Below, in pieces: positions 1 through 8,477 of a stretch of DNA of 19,417 nucleotides. The translations under genes were made by a program, and so were the position numbers. Below the pieces are notes generated by a model. The model did not search any database, was not told the origin of the DNA, and saw only the letters and a program-made list of their open reading frames with translations. Numbering within the stretch: position 1 is the stretch's first letter; each line of letters starts with the position of its first letter. The DNA is from an archaeon (GTDB lineage: Archaea > SpSt-1190 > DYHY01): positions 1-19,417 of the forward strand of contig JAZDJS010000033.1 of the NCBI GenBank assembly GCA_043803745.1, in the 5' to 3' direction.

Positions 1-1
1 C

Positions 2-382
2 AAGTACGAGGGCGACATAAACAGGGTCAAGACTAAATACGGTTCGACCTTTGCGGCAACGATTACAAAGCTCCAGATAGGAACGGGCCTTATGCAGAAT
101 CCGGAATATAACGATGGCAAGCCCTGGTTCGTCCAGTTCCGTCCGCTCCTCCACTCGACATTCCGCATTTCCGAAGAGGACCTTGCCCAGTACAAGATAG
201 TTATTGCAATGGTCAAATCCCTGAAGGAGCAGCTCGAGAAGCTGAAGAAGACCGGAGCAGACATCTACGACATGCAGATGGAGCTCAACCTTGCCGAGGA
301 CAAGCTCAAGGCCGGGAACGTCTCGATGGCAGCCACCTATCTCGACTCGGTAAAGGGGCGCCTTGGAACGATAAAAACCTGA
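2..382 (+). CDS. 5'-truncated CDS; probable C-terminus of a HerA/FtsK-superfamily (DUF87-like) ATPase with a helical tail
   Basis: The frame of ORF 92..382 is open back to the window edge (KYEGDINRVKTKYGSTFAATITKLQIGTGLMQNPEYNDGKPWFVQFRPLLH...), so ATG92 is internal. L..G.G......N...P....FRP resembles the end of HerA-like ATPase domains. This is pattern recall only; the Walker motifs would lie outside the window. Confidence 0.45.
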   Translation, partial: KYEGDINRVKTKYGSTFAATITKLQIGTGLMQNPEYNDGKPWFVQFRPLLHSTFRISEEDLAQYKIVIAMVKSLKEQLEKLKKTGADIYDMQMELNLAEDKLKAGNVSMAATYLDSVKGRLGTIKT

Positions 383-394
383 TTTCAGCAATTA

Positions 395-422
395 TTTATA
401 ATCGGAGAACTAAATTGAGTGA
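395..422 (+). promoter_or_regulatory. Putative archaeal TATA box (TTTATAA, 395-401) and SD-like GAGTGA (417-422) for the gene at 432
   Basis: AT-rich hexamer about 30 nt upstream of ATG432 in a short intergenic gap; GAGTGA ends 9 nt before ATG. Confidence 0.45.
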
Positions 423-431
423 CACCTCCCG

Positions 432-2303
432 ATGGCAAGTAAAAAAGACGCTTCCGCTCCAGTCTCCCCGCCAGCAGCCCCTACCCTGGCTGAGATGGAT
501 TTCAACCCGGCAGGAAATTTCAGCGACGAGGCGCCGCCGGGCACCGACACTGGCTCGGGCGGCCCTTCCGGCCCCGTCGGGATAGGGGGTCCCGCAGTCG
601 TGAAATTCCTCGATGAAATAGACCTCCGCGCGATAATCGCAGACCTTGAGAAAACAAAGGCGGAAATCTCGGCCCTGAAGGAAATCAAGTTCAACGCGGA
701 TGCCCGGATAAAGGAGCTTTCCGAGGGAATCGGCGAGCTCCGGAGCATGAGCCTCCAGAGGGACCAGTCGACCCGCGAAGTCGAGGCGAAGGTCTCGAAA
801 ATGGAGGAGATTGTCAAGAACGTCCAGCCCCAGATAATACTTGCCGAGCTTCAGAAGCGCGAGCACGAGCTTGAGGCTACCCGCGCCCAGCTTGAGCGCA
901 CCACGATGATGCTCAACGAAACCATTTCCCAGGTAAGGGACATTCAAAAGTCGATGGAGCGGGTCCGCGGGATAACGAACATTCTTGACGTTGACAAGGG
1001 GCTTAACTCGAAGATCGGGAAGCTCGAGTCCCAGCTTGCCCTCGGGGAGCGGTTCTCGACAAAGGCTGAGAAGCTCTATTACGAAATCGACAAGAGGATG
1101 ACGGATTTCGCCGTGATGCGGGAGAAGCTCGAGCGGATAGACGCGCTTACGAAGGAGATAATGAGGGAGTTCGACGAGAAAAAGATAAAGCTCGGCGCCG
1201 CGGCTTCCGTTGACGAGTTCAACCTCTTCAAGCGGGAAGTCGAGGAAAAGCTCAACACGCTAAGGGAGACTTTGGAGCGCAGAGTCGCTTCGTCGGCAGC
1301 GCCGCAAAAGAACGGGAATGATTTCGGAAAAATGACTTCAATTAGCAGCCCAACAACGAAAGAAAATCCGGTTGTGGAGAAGCCCTTCTCAACCGAAACC
1401 GAGAGGCGGGAAACCGCTTCCGCGAACGTGCCCGAGCTGCTCAAACAGCGGGACGAGATAAAATCGATGCTCGCCCTCCTTGAGGAGGAATACCGGGAGG
1501 GGGAGATAACTGAAAAGGCTTTCGAGGAGGCGAGGCGGAACAGCGAAACCAGGCTTGCGGAAACCGAGAAGCAGATTGCGGAGGCATCAAGCCTTCCGGC
1601 AACCCCGGCGCGCACGATTCCTGGAAGCCCGCCTGAGCCGAACCGGGAGCCGCTTCAAGAGACTATCGCCCAAACCGCCCCGCCAATATCCCCGTCAAAG
1701 CTTCCGGCGGAGAACTCTTCCGAACTCAGGCCCCCTGCCACCCTTTTCTCAACCCTTCCGCCCGAACCCGAAGGCAAGCACAGCAACAAATCCAAAATTC
1801 CGCCCGAGAAGGGACCCGAGGAGCTGGAGAGGATAATCGAGATAATAACGAACCTCCCCGCCCTGCACGCCCAGGAACGCGACCTTGAGAGGATGCTCTC
1901 AATCCTCTCCCGCCAGTACAAGGGCGGCGTAATCAACGAGGAAACGTATTACGAAATCCGCCGGAAATCCGAGGAGAAGCTGGGGGAGCTGCGCGCAAAA
2001 CTCCTCGTCATCGAGAATCTCCACACCGAACAGAAGCTTTTCAAGGAGGAAATCCACAGGCTCAAGAGGAACAAGGCCGAGCTCGTTTCCTTGCTTGCCC
2101 TGCTCGACAAGCAGAGGGGCGAGGGGCTCGTTTCCGAGGAAAGCTATTCCTCCGCCAAGACGAACGCATCGGCGAAGCTGGGGGAAATCGACAAGCGGAC
2201 CGAGCTCTTGGAGAAGATAGTTGAGAAGCACATAGATGCCCCGCATCGGGAGAAACCGCCAGCGGAGAAGAAGGCCCACCACACCAAAGACAAGAAGGGC
2301 TAG
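432..2303 (+). CDS. Coiled-coil scaffold-like protein (623 aa) with three SHOCT/CdvA-like helical-hairpin repeats and Pro-rich linkers
   Basis: Long ORF. Pro/Gly-rich N-terminus, about 230 aa of E/K/L-rich heptad sequence, then three copies of L-x6-[IL]-x3-L-x9-G-x-[IV][STN]-x3-[YF]-x3-[KR]-x5-[KR]L at nt 1437-1577, 1863-2003 and 2061-2201. No signal peptide or TM segment seen. Confidence 0.85.
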   Translation: MASKKDASAPVSPPAAPTLAEMDFNPAGNFSDEAPPGTDTGSGGPSGPVGIGGPAVVKFLDEIDLRAIIADLEKTKAEISALKEIKFNADARIKELSEGIGELRSMSLQRDQSTREVEAKVSKMEEIVKNVQPQIILAELQKREHELEATRAQLERTTMMLNETISQVRDIQKSMERVRGITNILDVDKGLNSKIGKLESQLALGERFSTKAEKLYYEIDKRMTDFAVMREKLERIDALTKEIMREFDEKKIKLGAAASVDEFNLFKREVEEKLNTLRETLERRVASSAAPQKNGNDFGKMTSISSPTTKENPVVEKPFSTETERRETASANVPELLKQRDEIKSMLALLEEEYREGEITEKAFEEARRNSETRLAETEKQIAEASSLPATPARTIPGSPPEPNREPLQETIAQTAPPISPSKLPAENSSELRPPATLFSTLPPEPEGKHSNKSKIPPEKGPEELERIIEIITNLPALHAQERDLERMLSILSRQYKGGVINEETYYEIRRKSEEKLGELRAKLLVIENLHTEQKLFKEEIHRLKRNKAELVSLLALLDKQRGEGLVSEESYSSAKTNASAKLGEIDKRTELLEKIVEKHIDAPHREKPPAEKKAHHTKDKKG

Positions 2304-2415
2304 TTGCGGCGCCGAGAACCCCCGCCCACTTGACTTCCTTCGCCAATGCATTGGGGAGCAGTTCAGCCTGCTGGAAACTGCAAATCTTTAAATGCAAGCT
2401 TGGGGAACGAACACG

Positions 2416-3210
2416 ATGGTTCAAAAAACAAATTTTTCACCGAAGAAAGCGGGACAGCCTATTTTCCTAGTCCTTTCCGGGCTTGTCGCGATTTTCTCAA
2501 CAGCCTCAATTTTCTTCCAGCTTGGTGGGACTTTTGCATATAATCTCGCCCCAATCCTTGCGGCGCTCCTCTCGGTTTACGCGGCTTTCAAGCTCCTGAA
2601 ATTCAATTTCAACCTTGGCGACAGGAAAATAGGCAAGGTTCATTTCCTTTTCGCAGGGATAGCTTCCTGGGCAATTGCCGAGGGCGTCTGGATGATTTAC
2701 GACACGTTCTTTGGCTCCGAAGACTTCGTAGTGACCTGGGCGGACTTTTTCTGGTATCTCGGATACCCCCTGCTGATAGCGTACTTGTTCCTGCGGATAC
2801 TTCCGATTCTTTCAAGCTTCAGCCGGCGGGGCAAGATAACCTATTTTGTCGCTTTCGTCGCAACAATGCTCCTTTCATGGTATGCTCTGACAACCCTGCT
2901 GCTGAACAACCCGGATCTCTCAACGGCGGAAATTCTCGCGGCTGTCGGCTATGTAATCCTGGACGCAGTTGTGGTTTTTCTTTCCGGGAGCACGCTCATT
3001 TTCTTCCGGGGCGGGGCGCTTGCGAAATCCCAGGCGCTGGTTCTCGCGGGATTCGCCCTCTCGGGAATTTCGGACATGCTCTATTACTATCTCGGGGCGC
3101 TCGGAATCTATTCGACTGGGAACCTCATTGACCTCGGCTGGGTCATAAGCTACGTCCTGATAGGAATCGGCCTTGCGTACGAGCTTGCGGAACTCCGGAA
3201 GACAATTTAG
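2416..3210 (+). CDS. Polytopic membrane protein (about 8 hydrophobic segments), resembling a stand-alone membrane sensor domain
   Basis: Hydrophobic stretches throughout. GIASWAIAEGVWMIYD...TWADFFWYLGYPLL and D..YY....G.Y..G.LIDLGW..SY resemble N-terminal membrane domains of GGDEF/histidine kinase sensors, but no output domain follows. Start moved to ATG2416 because TTTAAA at 2387-2392 overlaps ATG2392. Confidence 0.75.
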   Translation: MVQKTNFSPKKAGQPIFLVLSGLVAIFSTASIFFQLGGTFAYNLAPILAALLSVYAAFKLLKFNFNLGDRKIGKVHFLFAGIASWAIAEGVWMIYDTFFGSEDFVVTWADFFWYLGYPLLIAYLFLRILPILSSFSRRGKITYFVAFVATMLLSWYALTTLLLNNPDLSTAEILAAVGYVILDAVVVFLSGSTLIFFRGGALAKSQALVLAGFALSGISDMLYYYLGALGIYSTGNLIDLGWVISYVLIGIGLAYELAELRKTI

Positions 3211-3761
3211 GAGCTTTTCTTCTTCCGTGCCGAGCTGACGGCTTTCCTGCCCGCCTTCCTCTTCCCGGTCTTCTTTGCATTTTTCCTTTTCGTCTTCTTC
3301 CTGCCGCCAGAAGCCCCGAGCCGCTTCAGAAGCCTCTCGACAGCCTTGAGCTCGAAGGAAACCTCCCTCAGCTTTTCCCCGGCGTTCTTTCGTATCTCGC
3401 TGTATGCCGCCTGGGAGATTATCCCGCTCGCGAGCTCCTCGTCGGCAAGCTTCAGCATTTTCTCAAGGTCGGCTTTTCTCCTCCGGAGGTCCTCAAGGGA
3501 GAACTTGTCAATTGTTTCGAAGAACTTCTGCTCCGGGTTCTGGATCGGTGCCGGCTCCGGTTCGCTAATTTCAGGAAGCTTAGGATGTGGTTCAGGAGAC
3601 TGCTCCGGAGCCGGTTCGGGAGCCGGTTCGGCCGGATGCTCGGCAGGAGTTTCTTTTGCGACCGGAGCGGCAACCGGAACCTCGAATTCGCTCAAATCCT
3701 CCTTAGCCTTCTTCCCGCCAAGCCTTCCGGCAAAATCCTTCATTTTGTCAACGAATCCCAT
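3207..3761 (-). CDS. Small protein (184 aa): N-terminal amphipathic helix, Pro/Glu linker, one SHOCT/CdvA-like motif, Lys/Arg-rich tail
   Basis: MGFVDKMKDFAGRLGGKK start; EPAPEPAPEQSPEP linker; motif LRRRKADLEKMLKLADEELASGIISQAAYSEIRKNAGEKL (nt 3488-3348); C-terminal RKKTKRKNAKKTGKRKAGRK. Convergent 4-bp overlap with the 2416-3210 gene. Confidence 0.8.
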   Translation of the reverse strand: MGFVDKMKDFAGRLGGKKAKEDLSEFEVPVAAPVAKETPAEHPAEPAPEPAPEQSPEPHPKLPEISEPEPAPIQNPEQKFFETIDKFSLEDLRRRKADLEKMLKLADEELASGIISQAAYSEIRKNAGEKLREVSFELKAVERLLKRLGASGGRKKTKRKNAKKTGKRKAGRKAVSSARKKKSS

Positions 3762-3949
3762 CGCAGTCCCGATAACTCTTGATTAGGTAAAAATGCCTTT
3801 CTTATCCCCAGAAACTCCCGAAAACCTCTGGAGACCATTCAAAAATGGTTAAATTTCCAAAAAGCAAATATATCCGGTGCGAACCTTTATTTAATCGGAG
3901 CCCTTAAAAGGCTAGCCGTTGGCTGAACGGGGACCCAAGGGGCTAATTC

Positions 3950-3954
3950 GGAGG
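3950..3954 (+). promoter_or_regulatory. Shine-Dalgarno GGAGG for the large surface protein
   Basis: GGAGG 7 nt upstream of ATG3962. AT-rich TATA-like tracts at about 3866-3895 in the divergent intergenic region. Confidence 0.5.
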
Positions 3955-3961
3955 CTGAAAG

Positions 3962-6900
3962 ATGAGAATCCCTAGAAAAGGGTTTTTTATAGTTCTACTT
4001 CTTGCCCTCCTCTGCTTTTCCCCCGCATTTTCGGAAAACGCGCCCTGGTTCGATTCTTCCTGGCATCTGCGGGTTCCGGCTAACGTTTCCTATCCTTCCG
4101 GAGGCGAAAACCTTTCGATAAACTTCACGCTGAACCTTACGAAAGTCTTCTCCGAAGGCAACATGTCGGGCGCGACCCTTGACTACAAATCCCTTCGGGT
4201 TTACGAGAACTTGACAGAGCACCCGCTGGAATATTCGAACGTTTCCTCGGAACTGGTCCTTGTGAAATGGATTGCAAACGGGACGGTCAATTCGACGAAC
4301 AGGACCTTCTATATCTATCTCGATTCCGTCGCGAACGGGCCGAAAACCTCCGGCGAGCTAATCCTTGACAGCCCATACTGGCGCTCCGGCTATATCAACA
4401 ACATGAACGACTATTCCCCCTGGGTCAACAACACTTCCGGGACCGCGGCAGTTCCCTACAACCGCAGCTGGGCAAAGCGGGTTGAAATCTCGTTCAAGTG
4501 GGCTGCGGAACCGGCCTCGGGCGACCGCATGCGCCTCTATGTTGACGGCGCGCAAAAGGGTTCCGATCGCACAAGTTCCGGGAGCGCTAACGAATCCTAT
4601 TGGGGCTCCGGGGTTTACGGCAGGTTCGTTTCGGACGCCTTCGGAAGCTACCCGAGCTACGGGGCGAGCGATTCCTACGGGGTTTACGGGGCAGCAATCG
4701 ACACAGTCAGGTTCTACACAGTCGGGAACTATTCGGTTGTCGCGTATTCACTCGTTTCCGAGAACGCGCAACCCCAGCCCTCGAACGTGACCGCCCAGAC
4801 TGCCGGCTCCTACAACTACAACGAAACCCTCGAGGTTGTTGGTGAAATGCGAGATTCGGGCGGAGCTCCGATTTCCGGCGCGACAGTCAACGCAGCAATC
4901 CGTTTCCCTAACAGCACCTTTGCCGAAACAAACCTGACCTTGACGAACTCAACCGGCGGCTATCTCATCCTGATTTTCCTTCCCTGGGAAGCCCCCAACG
5001 GGACCTATTCCGTCAACATCAGCGCTGCCAAGAGCTCCTTCAATGCTTCCTTCAACTCGACAACGTTCTACTACACCGCCGACAAGATTCCGGTGATTTC
5101 GGACTTTTCAGTGAACCCCTCGACCGGCGGCTGGAGCGAATATTTCAATTTCTCAGCCAATATTTCCGATTTCGACCAGAACCCGGACATTGTCAACGCG
5201 ACCCTCTGGGTCAACGCAACCTCCGGCTGGCTGAGATATGACACCCAGAACGTTACCCCGGACATTTTCGCGAACTGGTCGGTCGCGCCGTTCAGCGCCG
5301 CGGACATCGGAACCAACCGGAGCTTCCTGATAGAGTATACGGATTCCTACCATAGCGCGCAGTATAACACGAGCGAATTCTTCCTCCCCGAAGTCGAGCG
5401 GGACGATGTTGCCGTCGTTTTCTTCAACCTTTCCGGAAGCCCGGTCGCCCGCAATGGCGCGGGAGAAGCCGTTTTCGGAGCCGGGCTTGTCGACATTGAT
5501 AACGGGGCAATAATTCCCGGCGCCAACTTGACCTTCTGGTCCGATTCGAACTCCGGGTGGCTTCTCACCGGATGGAACTACACCGACACTGACGGGAACA
5601 CCACAAGCAACTTCGGTCCGGACTGCCAAATCCCCTTCGGAAGCGTTGTCTGGAAATCGAACTATTCCGGAAGCGCGGCATACAAGGACAACCAGTCCGC
5701 CCTCTTTGCATATTCGGTGATAGGAACGCTCCAAAGCAACCTGACTTCCCCGCCGCAATATTCAATCCCATCCCAGGGCGATTTCATACCCTTCATCGCG
5801 AACATCACTGACGAATGCAGCGCGCCGGTTTCCGGAGCCCAGGCGAACTTCACGATTTCGAACATAACCTCAGTTATCTGCGAGGGAACCGGGAGCGCCG
5901 GAATCTACAACTGCACGTGGAACTCCGCCGGCTTTTCCGCAGGGAACTATTCGGTCAACCTTTCCGTCGGGCATCCGGACAATTTCGCGAACTGGACCTT
6001 CTATCCCTGGTGGCTCTACCTCAAGACAGGACCCCCGGCAATAATCGTTTTCATAAACCCCGACCAGTTCGACCAGAGCGAAGTCTCACAGATAAACGCA
6101 AGCGTCACCGATTTCTCCGGGCTCAACATAAGCGAGGCCTTGATAAACGTCACAACCCCCGGAAGCCAGGTTTTCTCGACCCCCATGACCCTCTGGGGAA
6201 CGCACAGTTCCCCGAGCGGCTGGGTTTTCAACTACACGATAAGCTTCCCGGATTCCTGGGGCAACACAAGCGAAAAGGGGAACTATACCATTTTCGTTGC
6301 CGCCCTCGACGGGATAGGCAGCAGGGGAAACAGGACGTCCAATTTCACGGTATACACGCACGTGAACCTCACCGCGCGGACGGAAATCCCGCTTTACGAG
6401 CCGGGCTCCTTCGGCTCAATTGAATTTTTCGCAACCGACCTTTTCGGCGTCCCCCTTTCAGGGCTTTTCTCAAACCTGACCGTCAGGAATCCGTCGGGCT
6501 CCCTCCTCCCCTTCCTGAGCGGCGCGTCTTCCGTCTCAGTTTCAACAGACGCATCCGGGTTCGCGCCAACCTCCGTTTTCATAATCCCGACGGGCGCTCC
6601 GGATGCAAACAACTACACCCTTTACACTACCGGAGGGTATTACGAGCCCCTGATTTATTCGACAATCCCGCTCGTGCGGAACTCCACTTTCATTGTCCAG
6701 AGGGAAACCGAGCTCCAGATCGTCCCGAACATGAACTCTCGGCTCTATACCAACAGAGAACTGCATGTCGGGGCAATTGTCCTTGACAGGTCAAGCGGGC
6801 TTCCGGTTTCGGCGGACAGCCTCGCAATAACCCTCTACTATCTCACCGAGTTCGGGCCGGTTCTCTGGCGGCAGCTGACGCTTGCCAACCTAACCCAGAC

Positions 6901-8398
6901 ATCCCCGGGAATGTACGACTATTATTCCACCGTCACGACCAACACGACCGGGAACTATTTCGCGCTCTTCAACGCAACGAAATCCGGGACGACAACCCTT
7001 GAGGCATGGCCTTTCGAGGTCACCCAGGGAGGTCCGTTCGACGTTGCCGTCAATGTGCTGAACTCCCCCGTCCCGGCCGGCTCCTCGGTCCAGCTCCAGA
7101 TAAACGCAACGAACATGGGTCCGACCGACCAGTTCGACGTTAACCTGACATACTGGATTGATGACGGGCTCGTCTATTCCAGAAGGGAGGAGGTCAGAAT
7201 TCCCGCCTTCTCAACCGAGACCTATATCAGGCAAATCCCGCTCTACCTTTCCGAAATTCAGGGGATACACAACGTAACCGTCCGGCTTGAATATGACGGT
7301 CCGGATTCCCCCGCAGTCGCATCGGACCTTTTCCTCGTAATTGCGCCAACAACGACAACCACAATCCCAGAGGGCGGCGGGGGAGGCGGAGACTTTGGAG
7401 CTGCAGGCCCAATCCCAATAACTACAACATCAATCCCCGTCAAGCCGACATACGGGCTTACAATCTCGGACTACCCGCGCGAGCGCGACCTTTTCGTCGA
7501 GAGGAATTCAGTCCGCTTCTTCAACGTCGAGGTCCAGAATCTCGGGACCGAAACCCTCCACGACCTGTTCCTTTCGATAAGCGGGATTCCGGAAGAATGG
7601 TTCGAGATAGTTTCCGGGAACGCGACCTTCCTCGACCCCGACGGGACCGCGACATTCATAATCCGGCTCGTTGTCCCCTCGGAAGCGAAGGCGCAGGTAT
7701 ATCCGATAAGCCTCTTTGCAGGCTCTGATGCCGCGAACTCAACGAAGGTTACCGCGCTCTCGGTTTTCGCATCGGAGAAGGAGCGGCTGTTCTATGAAAT
7801 CCAGTTCCTGAAGGGCCGGTATCGCGACCTCGAGGACATACTTTCCCTTGCCTTTGAGAACAACAAGAACGTCACCGAGATTGTCGAGATAATGAGCCAG
7901 GCGAAGCTCCAGATAGAAACGGCTGGAAAGTTCGTTGACGAGGGCGCGCTAAGGAACGCCGGCGACGCGATAAGGAAAGCGCACAACTACCTTGACCGCG
8001 CGGAGTTCGACCTCAACAGGCTCCCGCAGAAAGCGCCTCCGACGCAGCCGGTGATTTTCTTCAGCTTTCCCGTGACAACGTTCCCATACCTTGTCGCCCT
8101 CCTGATACTTATCCTCGGAATAATCGTGATAATCTGGCTTTCTCGGACAATCCGCAAGGTCAAGAACCTCGTCAGAAAGGAGACCGCAAGCGAAATCAAA
8201 CGGGTCCTTGACATAAAGAAATCAACTCCAGCTGACCTGATACGGAACCGGGAACGGATAAAGAAAGCGCTCAAGCTAATCAACAGCCAGTATTCGGAGA
8301 AGATGATTTCCCGGGAAACCTATGACGAGCTCAAGCGGAACAACGAGAAGAAGCTGGCAGCAATGAACAAGGAGCTCGGGGTCACTGACGAGGACTGA
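3962..8398 (+). CDS. Large membrane-anchored cell-surface glycoprotein (1478 aa) with a cytoplasmic SHOCT/CdvA-like tail
   Basis: Sec signal peptide (MRIPRKGFFIVLLLALLCFSPAFS|EN); WFDSSWHLRVP DUF2341-like start; many N-x-S/T sequons in beta-rich Ig-like/CARDB-like modules; PTTTTTIPEGGGGGG linker; NEW3-like segment (FNVEVQNLGTETLHDLFLSISGIPEEWFEI); helical bundle; TM helix FPYLVALLILILGIIVIIWLS followed by basic residues; C-terminal motif at nt 8237-8377. Confidence 0.9.
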   Translation: MRIPRKGFFIVLLLALLCFSPAFSENAPWFDSSWHLRVPANVSYPSGGENLSINFTLNLTKVFSEGNMSGATLDYKSLRVYENLTEHPLEYSNVSSELVLVKWIANGTVNSTNRTFYIYLDSVANGPKTSGELILDSPYWRSGYINNMNDYSPWVNNTSGTAAVPYNRSWAKRVEISFKWAAEPASGDRMRLYVDGAQKGSDRTSSGSANESYWGSGVYGRFVSDAFGSYPSYGASDSYGVYGAAIDTVRFYTVGNYSVVAYSLVSENAQPQPSNVTAQTAGSYNYNETLEVVGEMRDSGGAPISGATVNAAIRFPNSTFAETNLTLTNSTGGYLILIFLPWEAPNGTYSVNISAAKSSFNASFNSTTFYYTADKIPVISDFSVNPSTGGWSEYFNFSANISDFDQNPDIVNATLWVNATSGWLRYDTQNVTPDIFANWSVAPFSAADIGTNRSFLIEYTDSYHSAQYNTSEFFLPEVERDDVAVVFFNLSGSPVARNGAGEAVFGAGLVDIDNGAIIPGANLTFWSDSNSGWLLTGWNYTDTDGNTTSNFGPDCQIPFGSVVWKSNYSGSAAYKDNQSALFAYSVIGTLQSNLTSPPQYSIPSQGDFIPFIANITDECSAPVSGAQANFTISNITSVICEGTGSAGIYNCTWNSAGFSAGNYSVNLSVGHPDNFANWTFYPWWLYLKTGPPAIIVFINPDQFDQSEVSQINASVTDFSGLNISEALINVTTPGSQVFSTPMTLWGTHSSPSGWVFNYTISFPDSWGNTSEKGNYTIFVAALDGIGSRGNRTSNFTVYTHVNLTARTEIPLYEPGSFGSIEFFATDLFGVPLSGLFSNLTVRNPSGSLLPFLSGASSVSVSTDASGFAPTSVFIIPTGAPDANNYTLYTTGGYYEPLIYSTIPLVRNSTFIVQRETELQIVPNMNSRLYTNRELHVGAIVLDRSSGLPVSADSLAITLYYLTEFGPVLWRQLTLANLTQTSPGMYDYYSTVTTNTTGNYFALFNATKSGTTTLEAWPFEVTQGGPFDVAVNVLNSPVPAGSSVQLQINATNMGPTDQFDVNLTYWIDDGLVYSRREEVRIPAFSTETYIRQIPLYLSEIQGIHNVTVRLEYDGPDSPAVASDLFLVIAPTTTTTIPEGGGGGGDFGAAGPIPITTTSIPVKPTYGLTISDYPRERDLFVERNSVRFFNVEVQNLGTETLHDLFLSISGIPEEWFEIVSGNATFLDPDGTATFIIRLVVPSEAKAQVYPISLFAGSDAANSTKVTALSVFASEKERLFYEIQFLKGRYRDLEDILSLAFENNKNVTEIVEIMSQAKLQIETAGKFVDEGALRNAGDAIRKAHNYLDRAEFDLNRLPQKAPPTQPVIFFSFPVTTFPYLVALLILILGIIVIIWLSRTIRKVKNLVRKETASEIKRVLDIKKSTPADLIRNRERIKKALKLINSQYSEKMISRETYDELKRNNEKKLAAMNKELGVTDED

Positions 8399-8399
8399 G
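8334..8399 (+). repeat. Direct repeat copy 1 (66 bp, identical to 9483-9548)
   Basis: AGCGGAACAACGAGAAGAAGCTGGCAGCAATGAACAAGGAGCTCGGGGTCACTGACGAGGACTGAG; encodes the last about 20 codons and stop of the surface protein. Confidence 0.97.
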
Positions 8400-8445
8400 G
8401 CTAGGAACTCATTCTGTTCACTTTTCGTACCTTTTCATGGATATA

Positions 8446-8453
8446 CTTATAAA
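8446..8453 (+). promoter_or_regulatory. Putative TATA box (CTTATAAA) of the HEPN-MNT operon
   Basis: About 25 nt upstream of ATG8478, consistent with a leaderless archaeal transcript. Confidence 0.5.
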
Positions 8454-8477
8454 CAAACCAGTCCAAAGAACACATAG

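Noticed and set aside
396-2543. Several alternative ORFs (396-947, 410-817, 1079-1615, 1555-1836, 1899-2351, 2062-2424, 2346-2543)
   Set aside because: Shadows of the 623-aa gene or its neighbour, with no motifs.
3897-3947. Short stems (CCGTT/AACGG, AGCC/GGCT) upstream of the surface protein considered as a tRNA or riboswitch
   Set aside because: No cloverleaf or TpsiC signature; stems short enough to arise by chance.
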